The notes beneath the pieces were generated by a model. It had not been told where the DNA came from and made no database searches. It worked only from the letters and a program-made list of their open reading frames with translations. A stretch of DNA of 64,000 bases from a virus, in IMG/VR virus record IMGVR_UViG_3300034759_000344, positions 1-64,000 of that record. One strand, written 5' to 3'. Both the position numbers and the translations under genes were made by a program. Below, piece by piece: positions 55,834 to 64,000 of the stretch; positions within the stretch are counted from its first letter, which is position 1, and each line of letters opens with the position of its first letter.

Positions 55834-56964
55834 TTACACCTCACATTTATTCCAAGGTAACTTTATACGCACTTCGTTTTGGTATCTCAAAAGCATTTTG
55901 CACACATCAGGTATGGGAATGGCTAAATCGCCCCAAAACTCAAGCTGTGCTCCCAAGCATCCTCCAGCACAGTACTCTTGGTTGATAGGGAATTTGCACT
56001 TATGACATATCAGATTGTTATTGCGGTGGAAGTAATAAAAGAACAGAAACTTATTGCAGTCCATGTTTTCTAAATCATGAATGCTTCCAATCTTTAAATC
56101 AGGGTATATTAAGCGGTGACAAGGATAAATACTTCCATCCCAAGCTACGGTAAGCTGGGTTTGAAAACTGCAGGTCAGCCCTCTTTTTACCATCCCTGGT
56201 GTGCGGAATAGGTTAAACTGAGTTTCTCCCAGATTGATGTTTTCTTTTTGTATATAATTAATACACTTCCAGCTTTCCTCTATAAGGGTGTTTATGCGGT
56301 CGTCGTGCCAGGTTCCTCCGTTCCTCACCTGGAGCAGGAATAAATCATCTCCTACTGGATGGTCCTTGCCTCGAACCAAGCGCACGTTATCTACAAAAAA
56401 CTTGAAAGTGTCAAACAAAGTATGCACAGTGGGAGCGTAGACCATAGGATGAAATCCACACAAATATCCTTCTCCATAAAGCTTAAAGAGGTTGTCGTAG
56501 TCAAGTTTTAAGTGTTTATACTCAGGGAGGCTGGGCCTCTGTTTTTCTTCCACATAAGGACCGTCAACTGAGAAGCTGAGGTTGAGCTTTCCGTACTTTT
56601 TATACAACCGCTTTATCTCTTCGGGATAGGTGGAGGCAACCCACCCGTTGTTGGGTATATTGACTAAAAATATCTGTGGGTCTTTAGCTGCTTTCTGAAG
56701 TACGTACTCAACCAAGTCTAACTGTAGAAGAGGTTCTCCACCGAACAAATCGATTTTAAACGGACGGTTTCGATACTGCTTTATCTTGGCTACAGCGGTA
56801 TCTATAGTTTCTATGCTCATTTTTGGAGACTTATTACCTTGATTGTGTCGGGGCATGTAGCAGTAGCGGCAGCGTAAGTTGCACTCTGGTGACAGTATTA
56901 ACTCTAAAGTCTGGAACAGTTGGTGATTTAGTAGTCTTTTAACATGCAGGAATAGTTCGTTCAA
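55834..56964 (-). CDS. radical SAM/SPASM-domain enzyme 2
   Basis: CNLRCRYC, FGGEPLL, SVDGP, C...DGSIYPCHR, CHKC...CAGGC...C. Confidence 0.9.
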   Translation of the reverse strand: MNELFLHVKRLLNHQLFQTLELILSPECNLRCRYCYMPRHNQGNKSPKMSIETIDTAVAKIKQYRNRPFKIDLFGGEPLLQLDLVEYVLQKAAKDPQIFLVNIPNNGWVASTYPEEIKRLYKKYGKLNLSFSVDGPYVEEKQRPSLPEYKHLKLDYDNLFKLYGEGYLCGFHPMVYAPTVHTLFDTFKFFVDNVRLVRGKDHPVGDDLFLLQVRNGGTWHDDRINTLIEESWKCINYIQKENINLGETQFNLFRTPGMVKRGLTCSFQTQLTVAWDGSIYPCHRLIYPDLKIGSIHDLENMDCNKFLFFYYFHRNNNLICHKCKFPINQEYCAGGCLGAQLEFWGDLAIPIPDVCKMLLRYQNEVRIKLPWNKCEV

Positions 56965-58084
56965 AATTGCTCTGCCCCCATTCTTTGTAGTGTTTGTAGA
57001 ACACTTTTACTATTTTGCAGAAATGAAAGTTTGGTGAGTAGTGAAGTCGGTTTAGATTGTGCATGTCCATAGGACATTGCCAGCACAAAAAGGGAAATTC
57101 TTGGTACACTTCACATTCTTGCTGTTTACAGAAAGCAGCTCTAATTAGGTCGTAGTTATATTTGAAATACACATTGCGGTAAACGGCTTTGGGATCCAGG
57201 TACTCTGCATAAACGTTCCCTAATTTGAAGTAGTCCTGCTTGGTGTTGTCTGTAGACGGTCCGTGGCAGTGGTAAATGCTTCCATCTAAATCAACACATA
57301 CTTGAGAATGACATGCTGAACAAACGTTGTTGGGCCTGTTGAAGTACACAAACCATCCCAGTTGTGCCTTTTCATTCTTTTCACAGTACTCTTTACAGCG
57401 GTAAAGGTCTTCATCAAGAGCTTGGGCAGCTTCTTCATCATAAACACTGTCTTTGACTAAGGTAACTGGAGACATAGGATGTTTTAGCTCTTCCCAAAAG
57501 AATTCGCAGGCTTTGTAGAAGTGCCCTTTTTTGACTTGTTCAGGACTTAAAGTGGACTTTATCATCAATTTACTGGTGAAATCTGGTATTTCTTTGGTCA
57601 TTATTTCGTAATGTTCCATAACTTTATGGAAAGACCCTTCTCCACCCGCTGTCTTTCTTGCGTAGTCGTGTACTTCTTGAGGTCCATCAAGGCTTAGCTG
57701 TATGCTTTCAATTTTGTCCCAGTGTTTTTTAACAAACTTGACATAACTTTCGGGAGTGGTAGTGGCATTGGTTGACCAGTTGGTGGTTACTGGACAGTCA
57801 GAGTAATTTTGGAATATGTAAGTAAGTACTTCTTCAATGGTATCCCATTGACATAGTGGTTCGGCACCCCACGGTATGATCTTGCACGGAGTGTTGGGTT
57901 TAAGTATGTTGGGAAAAACCTTTCTTATCGGCTCTAAAAGCGGAATAACTTCATTGGCTTTAATTTCTATTTGTTTGTAGGTAGCATCTCTGATATAGCA
58001 GTAAGAGCAGCGGAGATTACATTTTTTGGACATGGGAATTTCTATAACATAAATGCTTTTAAGAAATTTGGACAAGTCTACCAT
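56939..58084 (-). CDS. radical SAM/SPASM-domain enzyme 1
   Basis: CNLRCSYC, WGAEPL, SLDGP..VHD..R, CSAC...DGSIYHCH, C-terminal Cys cluster; GGAGG RBS before ATG 58084. Confidence 0.9.
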   Translation of the reverse strand: MVDLSKFLKSIYVIEIPMSKKCNLRCSYCYIRDATYKQIEIKANEVIPLLEPIRKVFPNILKPNTPCKIIPWGAEPLCQWDTIEEVLTYIFQNYSDCPVTTNWSTNATTTPESYVKFVKKHWDKIESIQLSLDGPQEVHDYARKTAGGEGSFHKVMEHYEIMTKEIPDFTSKLMIKSTLSPEQVKKGHFYKACEFFWEELKHPMSPVTLVKDSVYDEEAAQALDEDLYRCKEYCEKNEKAQLGWFVYFNRPNNVCSACHSQVCVDLDGSIYHCHGPSTDNTKQDYFKLGNVYAEYLDPKAVYRNVYFKYNYDLIRAAFCKQQECEVYQEFPFLCWQCPMDMHNLNRLHYSPNFHFCKIVKVFYKHYKEWGQSNFERTIPAC

Positions 58085-58379
58085 AAAATGCCTCCAATAC
58101 TGCCTCAAATGAAGGTAAGTAGCAAGGACCTTTTGCACTTACCGCATTGTTGGTACTGTTAACTCCATCTACACTACGTTGATGGTGGGCAGTAGAGTTC
58201 AAAGTGGAATAGCTCAAACTGTGCCCATCGTTACTGTATACTGCTTTGTTGTAGCTTGTGTAGTAAGAGCTGTTGTGAGTAGGACAGGCAGCTTCCAAGC
58301 TCTCTATAGCAGTCCTTAATTCAGAAATATGTACTTGTCTCACTTTTGTGGTATTAGTTATACTATCGGTCCAAGACAT
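58059..58379 (-). CDS. small structural/precursor-like protein B
   Basis: WTD...KVRQVHISELR N-domain, then CPTH and an S/Y/N/H-rich tail. Confidence 0.7.
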   Translation of the reverse strand: MSWTDSITNTTKVRQVHISELRTAIESLEAACPTHNSSYYTSYNKAVYSNDGHSLSYSTLNSTAHHQRSVDGVNSTNNAVSAKGPCYLPSFEAVLEAFYGRLVQIS

Positions 58380-58391
58380 GATTGCCTCCGT

Positions 58392-58778
58392 TTATACGTA
58401 GTGCACGCAGTTGCCACTACCCAAAGCATAGTTGTATTTAGCAGTTCCGTTTTCGCTTGAGTCGTGGCCGCTGTAGTTGGATCCGTAATCAATACTGTGA
58501 GCAGTTCCGTAGTTAGAACAGTAACCGTCGTAGCTTGAGTTATAGGAGCGTACGGTAGTATGGTGAGTACCACAGCCAACAGTTAGCGGGGTTCCATCAA
58601 CAGCAGAACGCAGGTCATTTATATGAGAAGCAAGAATTTTACTTTGCTCAGCAGTAATATTTATGGAAAGCTGGGAATACCCACGCTCACTACGCTCTGT
58701 GTTGAGCCTGGATACTATTTCGTCAATATGTATCTTTCTGATTTTAATATTGGTTAAATTAGTATCTGTCCAAGCCAT
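58392..58778 (-). CDS. small structural/precursor-like protein A
   Basis: WTD...KIRKIHIDE and KILASHINDLR motifs, then CGTH and a periodic Y/H tail. Confidence 0.75.
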   Translation of the reverse strand: MAWTDTNLTNIKIRKIHIDEIVSRLNTERSERGYSQLSINITAEQSKILASHINDLRSAVDGTPLTVGCGTHHTTVRSYNSSYDGYCSNYGTAHSIDYGSNYSGHDSSENGTAKYNYALGSGNCVHYV

Positions 58779-58781
58779 GGG

Positions 58782-59123
58782 TTAGTGGATTTGCCTAATG
58801 ACAATATCCAAATCACAAACTGGAATACCGAAGGTGAGGTTTATTTGGTCCAATAAGTAACCAGGTTCTGTGTTTCCTATAGTGTAAAAGCACTTGGTGT
58901 TGTAGTAGAGGTTCATCTCAATAGGCTTTTTAGCCACTTCGTTCAGCTGACTGGCAATGCGTACAGCATCTTCAGGAGACACGTTAATGCGTATGTGCAT
59001 TACATTTATTAAAGATCCGTCGCTGGCAATTTCTTTGTTCTGCATCATGGAAAGAAACCCTACTTCCTCAGCCAAAACTGTCTCAGTATTTTCTCTATCT
59101 ATGATTTCTATGGAATAGCCCAT
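58782..59123 (-). CDS. hypothetical protein
   Basis: GGAGG RBS. Confidence 0.65.
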   Translation of the reverse strand: MGYSIEIIDRENTETVLAEEVGFLSMMQNKEIASDGSLINVMHIRINVSPEDAVRIASQLNEVAKKPIEMNLYYNTKCFYTIGNTEPGYLLDQINLTFGIPVCDLDIVIRQIH

Positions 59124-59125
59124 AG

Positions 59126-59374
59126 TTACACCTCCATGGGAATCAAATACATTTCAGAGAGTTTATGGCAGGTATAGATACTTACGGTCTTCAAGTTAAT
59201 GAAGTATGTGTTGTTTTCCCACTCTACTTCCAGGTTGTATCCAGGGTTTACGTAGTTCATAATTGACTGCAGTACTGGAAAAGATCCTCTGATGCGAATT
59301 CTGTTTCCTGTAGGCAGCTCATCTACCCCGACATAATCTACTTCAAACTCTCTTCCATTTATTAAAATATTCAT
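59126..59374 (-). CDS. hypothetical protein
   Basis: coupled ORF. Confidence 0.6.
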   Translation of the reverse strand: MNILINGREFEVDYVGVDELPTGNRIRIRGSFPVLQSIMNYVNPGYNLEVEWENNTYFINLKTVSIYTCHKLSEMYLIPMEV

Positions 59375-60468
59375 CTTATCAACACCTTTATTTTCCTAAC
59401 TTCATGCCGTCCTACACTTTCCATAGCTTTAGCTACCACTTCTTGGTTGCGTTTGGCTTTTTTCAGCATCCCGTCTTTTCCTACAGTAAGTGGGTCTCCA
59501 GGTTTCACGCCTTTTTTACCACCATCCACTTTGGCATACACTTGACCTACTAAAGCTAAAGGAACTTTCTTGTGTTTTTGGTATTCTTCTTCCCAGTTAT
59601 GGGTCATACCTAAAAGCAGTCCTGGATGATAAGAAACTATACCTGCAAAGCTACCTCCATTTACTGCTTTCATAACCCTACCGTCATCTGTGAACACCAT
59701 TACTGTACCTTCTTCAGGCAGCCTAGGTTCTACAGTAATAAATCCTTCAGCAAGGTCGGAATTGTACACGGCTCCCACTAATCCGTAATCATTGACATAA
59801 GCTCTGGTAGTTCCTCCAGTCTGGAAATAGATAGTTTGCCCTGAAGGAACATTTATGCCAGTAGCTGAAGTGTTGCTTTTCCATACAAAGTCCTCAGCAT
59901 GTTTATTATCTACAGTATCGGCATTGTCAGCCTGCTCTACACTTCCATCACTATCTGGGTCATAGGTAGCTTTGGTCATCTCTCCAGCTACAGTGTAATT
60001 ACTGCCATCAGTTGAAAACTCAAGCAGGGAGCCGTTAACCCTGAAGTGGATGTTATCTACGGTATCTGAATTGTCAGCTTGTTCTACGCTTCCATCATCA
60101 TCAGGGTCATAAGCGGATTTAGTCATTTCCCCAGCTACAATGTAGTTGCGACCGTCAGTCGAAAATTCCAGCAGTCCAGCGCTGACTCTTAGGTGGACGT
60201 TGTCCACGGTATCAGCATTGGCAGCCTGAGGTACCTGACCGTAGATATCGCTACCTACATGCTGGTGCTGCGCAGGAGCAGCACCAGTTTGGTCATAGGT
60301 GACTTGATGGGGATTGTTAGTGTCATTTTTGTGAGCATTTAACAATCCAGTTAAGGAAGCTATAAGACTGTCTATAGTTTCCAAATTCCCGTTTATCTCA
60401 TCGTGCCAGTTTACGTCTCCTGGTGCTGGTAAAGCAAAATTGTAGTTCGGAGTGTAGCTGTTAGCCAT
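59371..60468 (-). CDS. tail fibre protein with internal repeats and peptidase G2/IMC-like C-terminal domain
   Basis: YTPNYNFALP, NPHQVT, repeated ADTVDN/YDPD.DGSVE, DLAE, VPLALVGQVYAKV. Confidence 0.75.
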   Translation of the reverse strand: MANSYTPNYNFALPAPGDVNWHDEINGNLETIDSLIASLTGLLNAHKNDTNNPHQVTYDQTGAAPAQHQHVGSDIYGQVPQAANADTVDNVHLRVSAGLLEFSTDGRNYIVAGEMTKSAYDPDDDGSVEQADNSDTVDNIHFRVNGSLLEFSTDGSNYTVAGEMTKATYDPDSDGSVEQADNADTVDNKHAEDFVWKSNTSATGINVPSGQTIYFQTGGTTRAYVNDYGLVGAVYNSDLAEGFITVEPRLPEEGTVMVFTDDGRVMKAVNGGSFAGIVSYHPGLLLGMTHNWEEEYQKHKKVPLALVGQVYAKVDGGKKGVKPGDPLTVGKDGMLKKAKRNQEVVAKAMESVGRHEVRKIKVLIR

Positions 60469-60480
60469 TTAGAACACTCC

Positions 60481-63400
60481 TTACCTAAGGAGTACTATCA
60501 AGTTGGTGCAAGCTGGTTGGTCAGTTACCTGTAGGGTATTCAAGTCCACTCTAACTTTAAGTGAAGTTGCTGGACTACCTAAAGTATGAGTGTACTTTCT
60601 GCGTTCCCAGTTGTAAGCTGGAGAACCCACTAAAGTCATATTGGTGAGCTCTGTCCAATTTTGTCCGTTATCAGTAGAAATGCTTACTGTAGCACTACAG
60701 TTGGTAGCTGATGGACGGTAAACATCACACCAAAGCTCTATGTTGGTAAACTCACCGTTGGAGATTATAGTTCTTGATACATAGGTTGCTGAAGTGTCTA
60801 ATTGGTACAAAGATATCAGTAATTTGTCCGCTACTACTGGGCTCAGCCTATCAGTATTGGATTCCATTTCCAACTTCAGTTTTATGGAAGTTGCCTGGAC
60901 TTTGGGAGTATCGTTTACCAGATTGTTAGCTAACGGATACCAGGTAGCTCCATTGTCAAAAGAATAGTAGAGTTTTATCTTAGTGTTTTCTGGAATGTAG
61001 GTGGTGAGCTGGGGCAGTACTTGGAGATAGTTGTAGTTAACGGTTTCGGTAACTATGGTGGCACTGCTTGCTGTAAACTGAGCTCGGTAGATTTTGAATT
61101 TAATATCCCAAGTTTGATGGTCTGCCCAGGCTAGGGCGTTGGACGAGGAGAACATCAGTCCTTGCAAGTAAGGCTGTCTGGATATGGGAGCTCCAGTTAG
61201 TAGGTCTGATTGTCCCATTTCAGCGTAGAACACTTCGTATGCAGTACTGTCGGAGGAAATTGTTATGCAGTAGTAGTTTTCTCCTAACAGCAGGATTGGT
61301 GAGTCAAAAGTTATTACCGTTTCTGCTGAGGAATCATCAGATACATTTATTTGGTCTGGTGTAACGGTTTTGCTGGCTATAATATCTTCTCCAGGATAAC
61401 CATTCACCACATTTCTTATTTGTACAGTTACTGGGATGTTATTACTGTCTTTCTTTTTGAAGTAGAGCCCTACTGAGGTTATGAAACAGGTATCTCCTAC
61501 GTAGAAAGTTTGAGCTACAGGATCTTTTCCGTTGTTGCAAGTTTTTTTGTTTGCAGCACTACCCAGGAATCCTCCAAAAATGGCTCCAAGCAAAGCTCCT
61601 ATTGGACCAGCTACCATTGCACCTATAGCTGCTCCTGTAGCTGCTCCAACTACAGTAGAAGCTGAACTTGAAGAGCTGGATGATGATGGCTTAGGGGTAC
61701 TTGTTGGTTGGTTGGTGGGTTGTGAAATAGCGCAGTTTTGAGATGGACGGGGAATGGGACAGGGAGGTGGTGTGTAGTTTGGAGCGCTCTGGTTGTAGAT
61801 GGTTCTTTCCACTTGATTAATCTTTACTCTTTCGTAGACGTCCCTTACGCCATTGGCATAGAAGTAAGTTTCTGCGCTTTGGTAGTCGTTTTTAACCTCT
61901 ATTTTCTTAAGTCCTGTTGTAAATTTGTTGGCAGGTAAGGTTACGGTCAGAGCAAAAGTGCCGTCGCTTTTGGATTTCACTGTTCCTACATCTGTTCCCA
62001 AAGGAGTACCTTCTATAGGAGTGGCTACTAAGTTTACTCCGTCAACGTAAACTTTCAGATTATCTTGGTCGGGATAGAAGTTAGATCCTCTAATGGTTAT
62101 GGTAGTGTCTTCAGGTATTAATTCTAGTGATTCCTGACGTAGCAGTCTGTTTTCAAACCAAGAGCTGATAATTCTATCAGATACTGAGTTTCTTGGATGG
62201 AAGCGGTCGTAACGAGCGTACTTGGTGTTTATAACTACTGTTTCTGTGGATTCATTGATGATCACATCGGAGTTGTATATCTTTTCGCTTGGATCTGTGC
62301 TTAAGAATGGTTCCCGCTCGAATAGAGCATACTGGTTAACTCGAATACTGGACGAAGCTTTTGGTTGTTCTATGTAAATCGTTTCTTCATAGGGAAGGAT
62401 GTAAGCGTTTTGTGTCTTTTGAGCTGTTGAAGATGCTACAGGTAAAGCTACATGATTTACTTCGGAGTAACCAGGAACAAAAGCTTGTAATTCAGGTACG
62501 ATAGCCCCGTTCCAGTTAGGATGGTAAATGTCTGCTTTGGTGTATCCCACACAACCCTCGGAGAACATACCCACTAAGTCGGTGGGTGAAGAGCCCAAGT
62601 TTACTGGGTCGTCGAGCTGAGATAAAGCTAAATTGTATTCAAGCATTTCCACTCTGCGAATTAGCTCGTGCAGTTCAGGCATTGATATGCGTTTCAAGTT
62701 GTAGTTAGTGACTTCTAATTGATTGGAGTTAGGTGGGAAATAGATTTCGCAGAGCGGTAGAGAAGTAGATGGTGGAATAGGTTTTTTGTTGAACCCAACG
62801 TCTGCTGGTTCGCCTTCTAAGCGTGTTATGTTACCGTCTTTATCCAAATAAAGAACATCGGTTCTGGCTAAGTAGTAGTCGTAGTCAACTTCAAAGTACG
62901 AACCGTCTACTATGTTATCTACGGTGGGTAGAAACTTGATAATGGTGTCTCCTTTGGTGTCGGTAGTTACTTGGTAATCGTTGCCTTCTCCAGGAACCAG
63001 TATTTTCTGGTAGATAAAAGTTACCGTGTAAGATGTTCCTGGATTAGGTTCTGCTCCTAGTGGAGACCAATCAATTATGTTCCCATTTACAATGTTGTAA
63101 TCTGTGCCTGCAGTATAAGTGGTAGTGTCTTGCTTAACTTCGATTACTTGCAGTACGTTGTTGAAGGGTATAGTATCTGCTCCACCGATGGTTGCACCGC
63201 GTACCATGTTGTAATCGGTTACCTGAACGTTGGCTCTTACTACGTTTACAGAGGCTACAGGTTGCTTGTAAAGAGCGTAGTCGGTAGTTCCCGATTGGTA
63301 GAGGTGCATCTCATCGGTTATTGATCTGGTGGAAGTGCAGGGATTCACCGTATTAATAACTGGAGAAGGAATGGAAACTTCATATCCTAAAACATAAGCT

Positions 63401-63975
63401 TTACCTGGAGCAGTAATCAAGTCCGCTTTACCATCTTCTCGAAGCAAAGCTGAAGTAGTCAACCCTCTTACCAGGTAGTTTTCGGATTCATCGTAAGTTC
63501 TGCGGGCTAAGATGTTTAAAATGGTGGAGTATTCGGTAGCCTGGCGGTGCTGAACTAATGCACCATCTTTAAGTTCGTACAGTTTGATGGTTGGGGTGGG
63601 ACTTAACACCACTTGGGTGGTAATTTTCAAGCGGTGGGCACCAGGTTTTCCGTAACCTCTTCCACCTGGATAGATGTCTCTCAAGTCAGGGTCTTCTTCT
63701 TCAGTGACTATCTCTTCAGTTATATCAACTCCAATTATTTCCGTACCAGTTCCCGTTATGCCTAAGACGGTTTCTGCTACGGGAACTATAAACCCGTTGT
63801 AGTAAACACTCCCTGAAGTAATGGTTACTGTATTTCCTTCTATAACAATCTGACATCCTTCTACTATAGCTCCCTCTTTAAACAGAATGTTGGCTAAGTC
63901 ACGAAGCTGGAGCTGTACTAAGTGCTGTAGTTGGGAAAGTTCACGGGCTTGTATGTAACGTCCAGGTACTGCCAA
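60481..63975 (-). CDS. baseplate/tail protein (DUF4815-like); probably extends beyond the window
   Basis: PGRYIQAREL, PGAHRLK, LARRTYDES.NY, GKAYVLGYE, DPVAQTF. Confidence 0.85.
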   Translation of the reverse strand: MAVPGRYIQARELSQLQHLVQLQLRDLANILFKEGAIVEGCQIVIEGNTVTITSGSVYYNGFIVPVAETVLGITGTGTEIIGVDITEEIVTEEEDPDLRDIYPGGRGYGKPGAHRLKITTQVVLSPTPTIKLYELKDGALVQHRQATEYSTILNILARRTYDESENYLVRGLTTSALLREDGKADLITAPGKAYVLGYEVSIPSPVINTVNPCTSTRSITDEMHLYQSGTTDYALYKQPVASVNVVRANVQVTDYNMVRGATIGGADTIPFNNVLQVIEVKQDTTTYTAGTDYNIVNGNIIDWSPLGAEPNPGTSYTVTFIYQKILVPGEGNDYQVTTDTKGDTIIKFLPTVDNIVDGSYFEVDYDYYLARTDVLYLDKDGNITRLEGEPADVGFNKKPIPPSTSLPLCEIYFPPNSNQLEVTNYNLKRISMPELHELIRRVEMLEYNLALSQLDDPVNLGSSPTDLVGMFSEGCVGYTKADIYHPNWNGAIVPELQAFVPGYSEVNHVALPVASSTAQKTQNAYILPYEETIYIEQPKASSSIRVNQYALFEREPFLSTDPSEKIYNSDVIINESTETVVINTKYARYDRFHPRNSVSDRIISSWFENRLLRQESLELIPEDTTITIRGSNFYPDQDNLKVYVDGVNLVATPIEGTPLGTDVGTVKSKSDGTFALTVTLPANKFTTGLKKIEVKNDYQSAETYFYANGVRDVYERVKINQVERTIYNQSAPNYTPPPCPIPRPSQNCAISQPTNQPTSTPKPSSSSSSSSASTVVGAATGAAIGAMVAGPIGALLGAIFGGFLGSAANKKTCNNGKDPVAQTFYVGDTCFITSVGLYFKKKDSNNIPVTVQIRNVVNGYPGEDIIASKTVTPDQINVSDDSSAETVITFDSPILLLGENYYCITISSDSTAYEVFYAEMGQSDLLTGAPISRQPYLQGLMFSSSNALAWADHQTWDIKFKIYRAQFTASSATIVTETVNYNYLQVLPQLTTYIPENTKIKLYYSFDNGATWYPLANNLVNDTPKVQATSIKLKLEMESNTDRLSPVVADKLLISLYQLDTSATYVSRTIISNGEFTNIELWCDVYRPSATNCSATVSISTDNGQNWTELTNMTLVGSPAYNWERRKYTHTLGSPATSLKVRVDLNTLQVTDQPACTNLIVLLR

Positions 63976-64000
63976 TATTTGGTAGTACCCTTTAGCTTTT

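Noticed and set aside
1-64000. tRNA/rRNA genes and integrase
   Set aside because: None recognised by eye; tRNAscan-SE would be needed to exclude tRNAs.

Overview
This 64-kb window is part of a large tailed dsDNA bacteriophage genome, probably a myovirus with SPO1/Herelleviridae-like gene content. The host is bacterial (GGAGG RBSs, sigma70/sigmaA promoters). Layout, left to right: (1) early/accessory genes on + (1-13.7 kb): a paralogue pair, MoxR AAA plus vWA/metallopeptidase, a retron-type reverse transcriptase, GP88 and a Cas4-like nuclease; (2) a - strand block (15-32 kb): terminase, sigma factor, resolvase, dATP/dGTP diphosphohydrolase, class II RNR, ThyX, RecA, SSB, dUTPase; (3) replication genes on + (32-42 kb): SF2 helicase, DnaB, DnaG, UDG-PolA, Prim-Pol; (4) tail, baseplate and lysis genes on - (44-64 kb). 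The top finding is at 5139-5767, directly upstream of the RT: a tandem array of 3-4 retron-like ncRNA units. Each unit is closed by its own inverted-repeat pair, shares a conserved two-hairpin core, and carries a different structured variable region, so one RT may make several distinct msDNA-like products. Other notable items are two radical SAM/SPASM enzymes with Tyr/His/Ser/Asn-rich precursor-like proteins inside the tail module, a probable replication origin hairpin inside the Prim-Pol gene, a recurrent palindromic operator, a vapBC fragment inserted cleanly into a phage gene, and many IS200/IS605 elements (IsrB, TnpB, non-autonomous and orphan guide-RNA derivatives). All calls come from reading motifs by eye; no searches were run.
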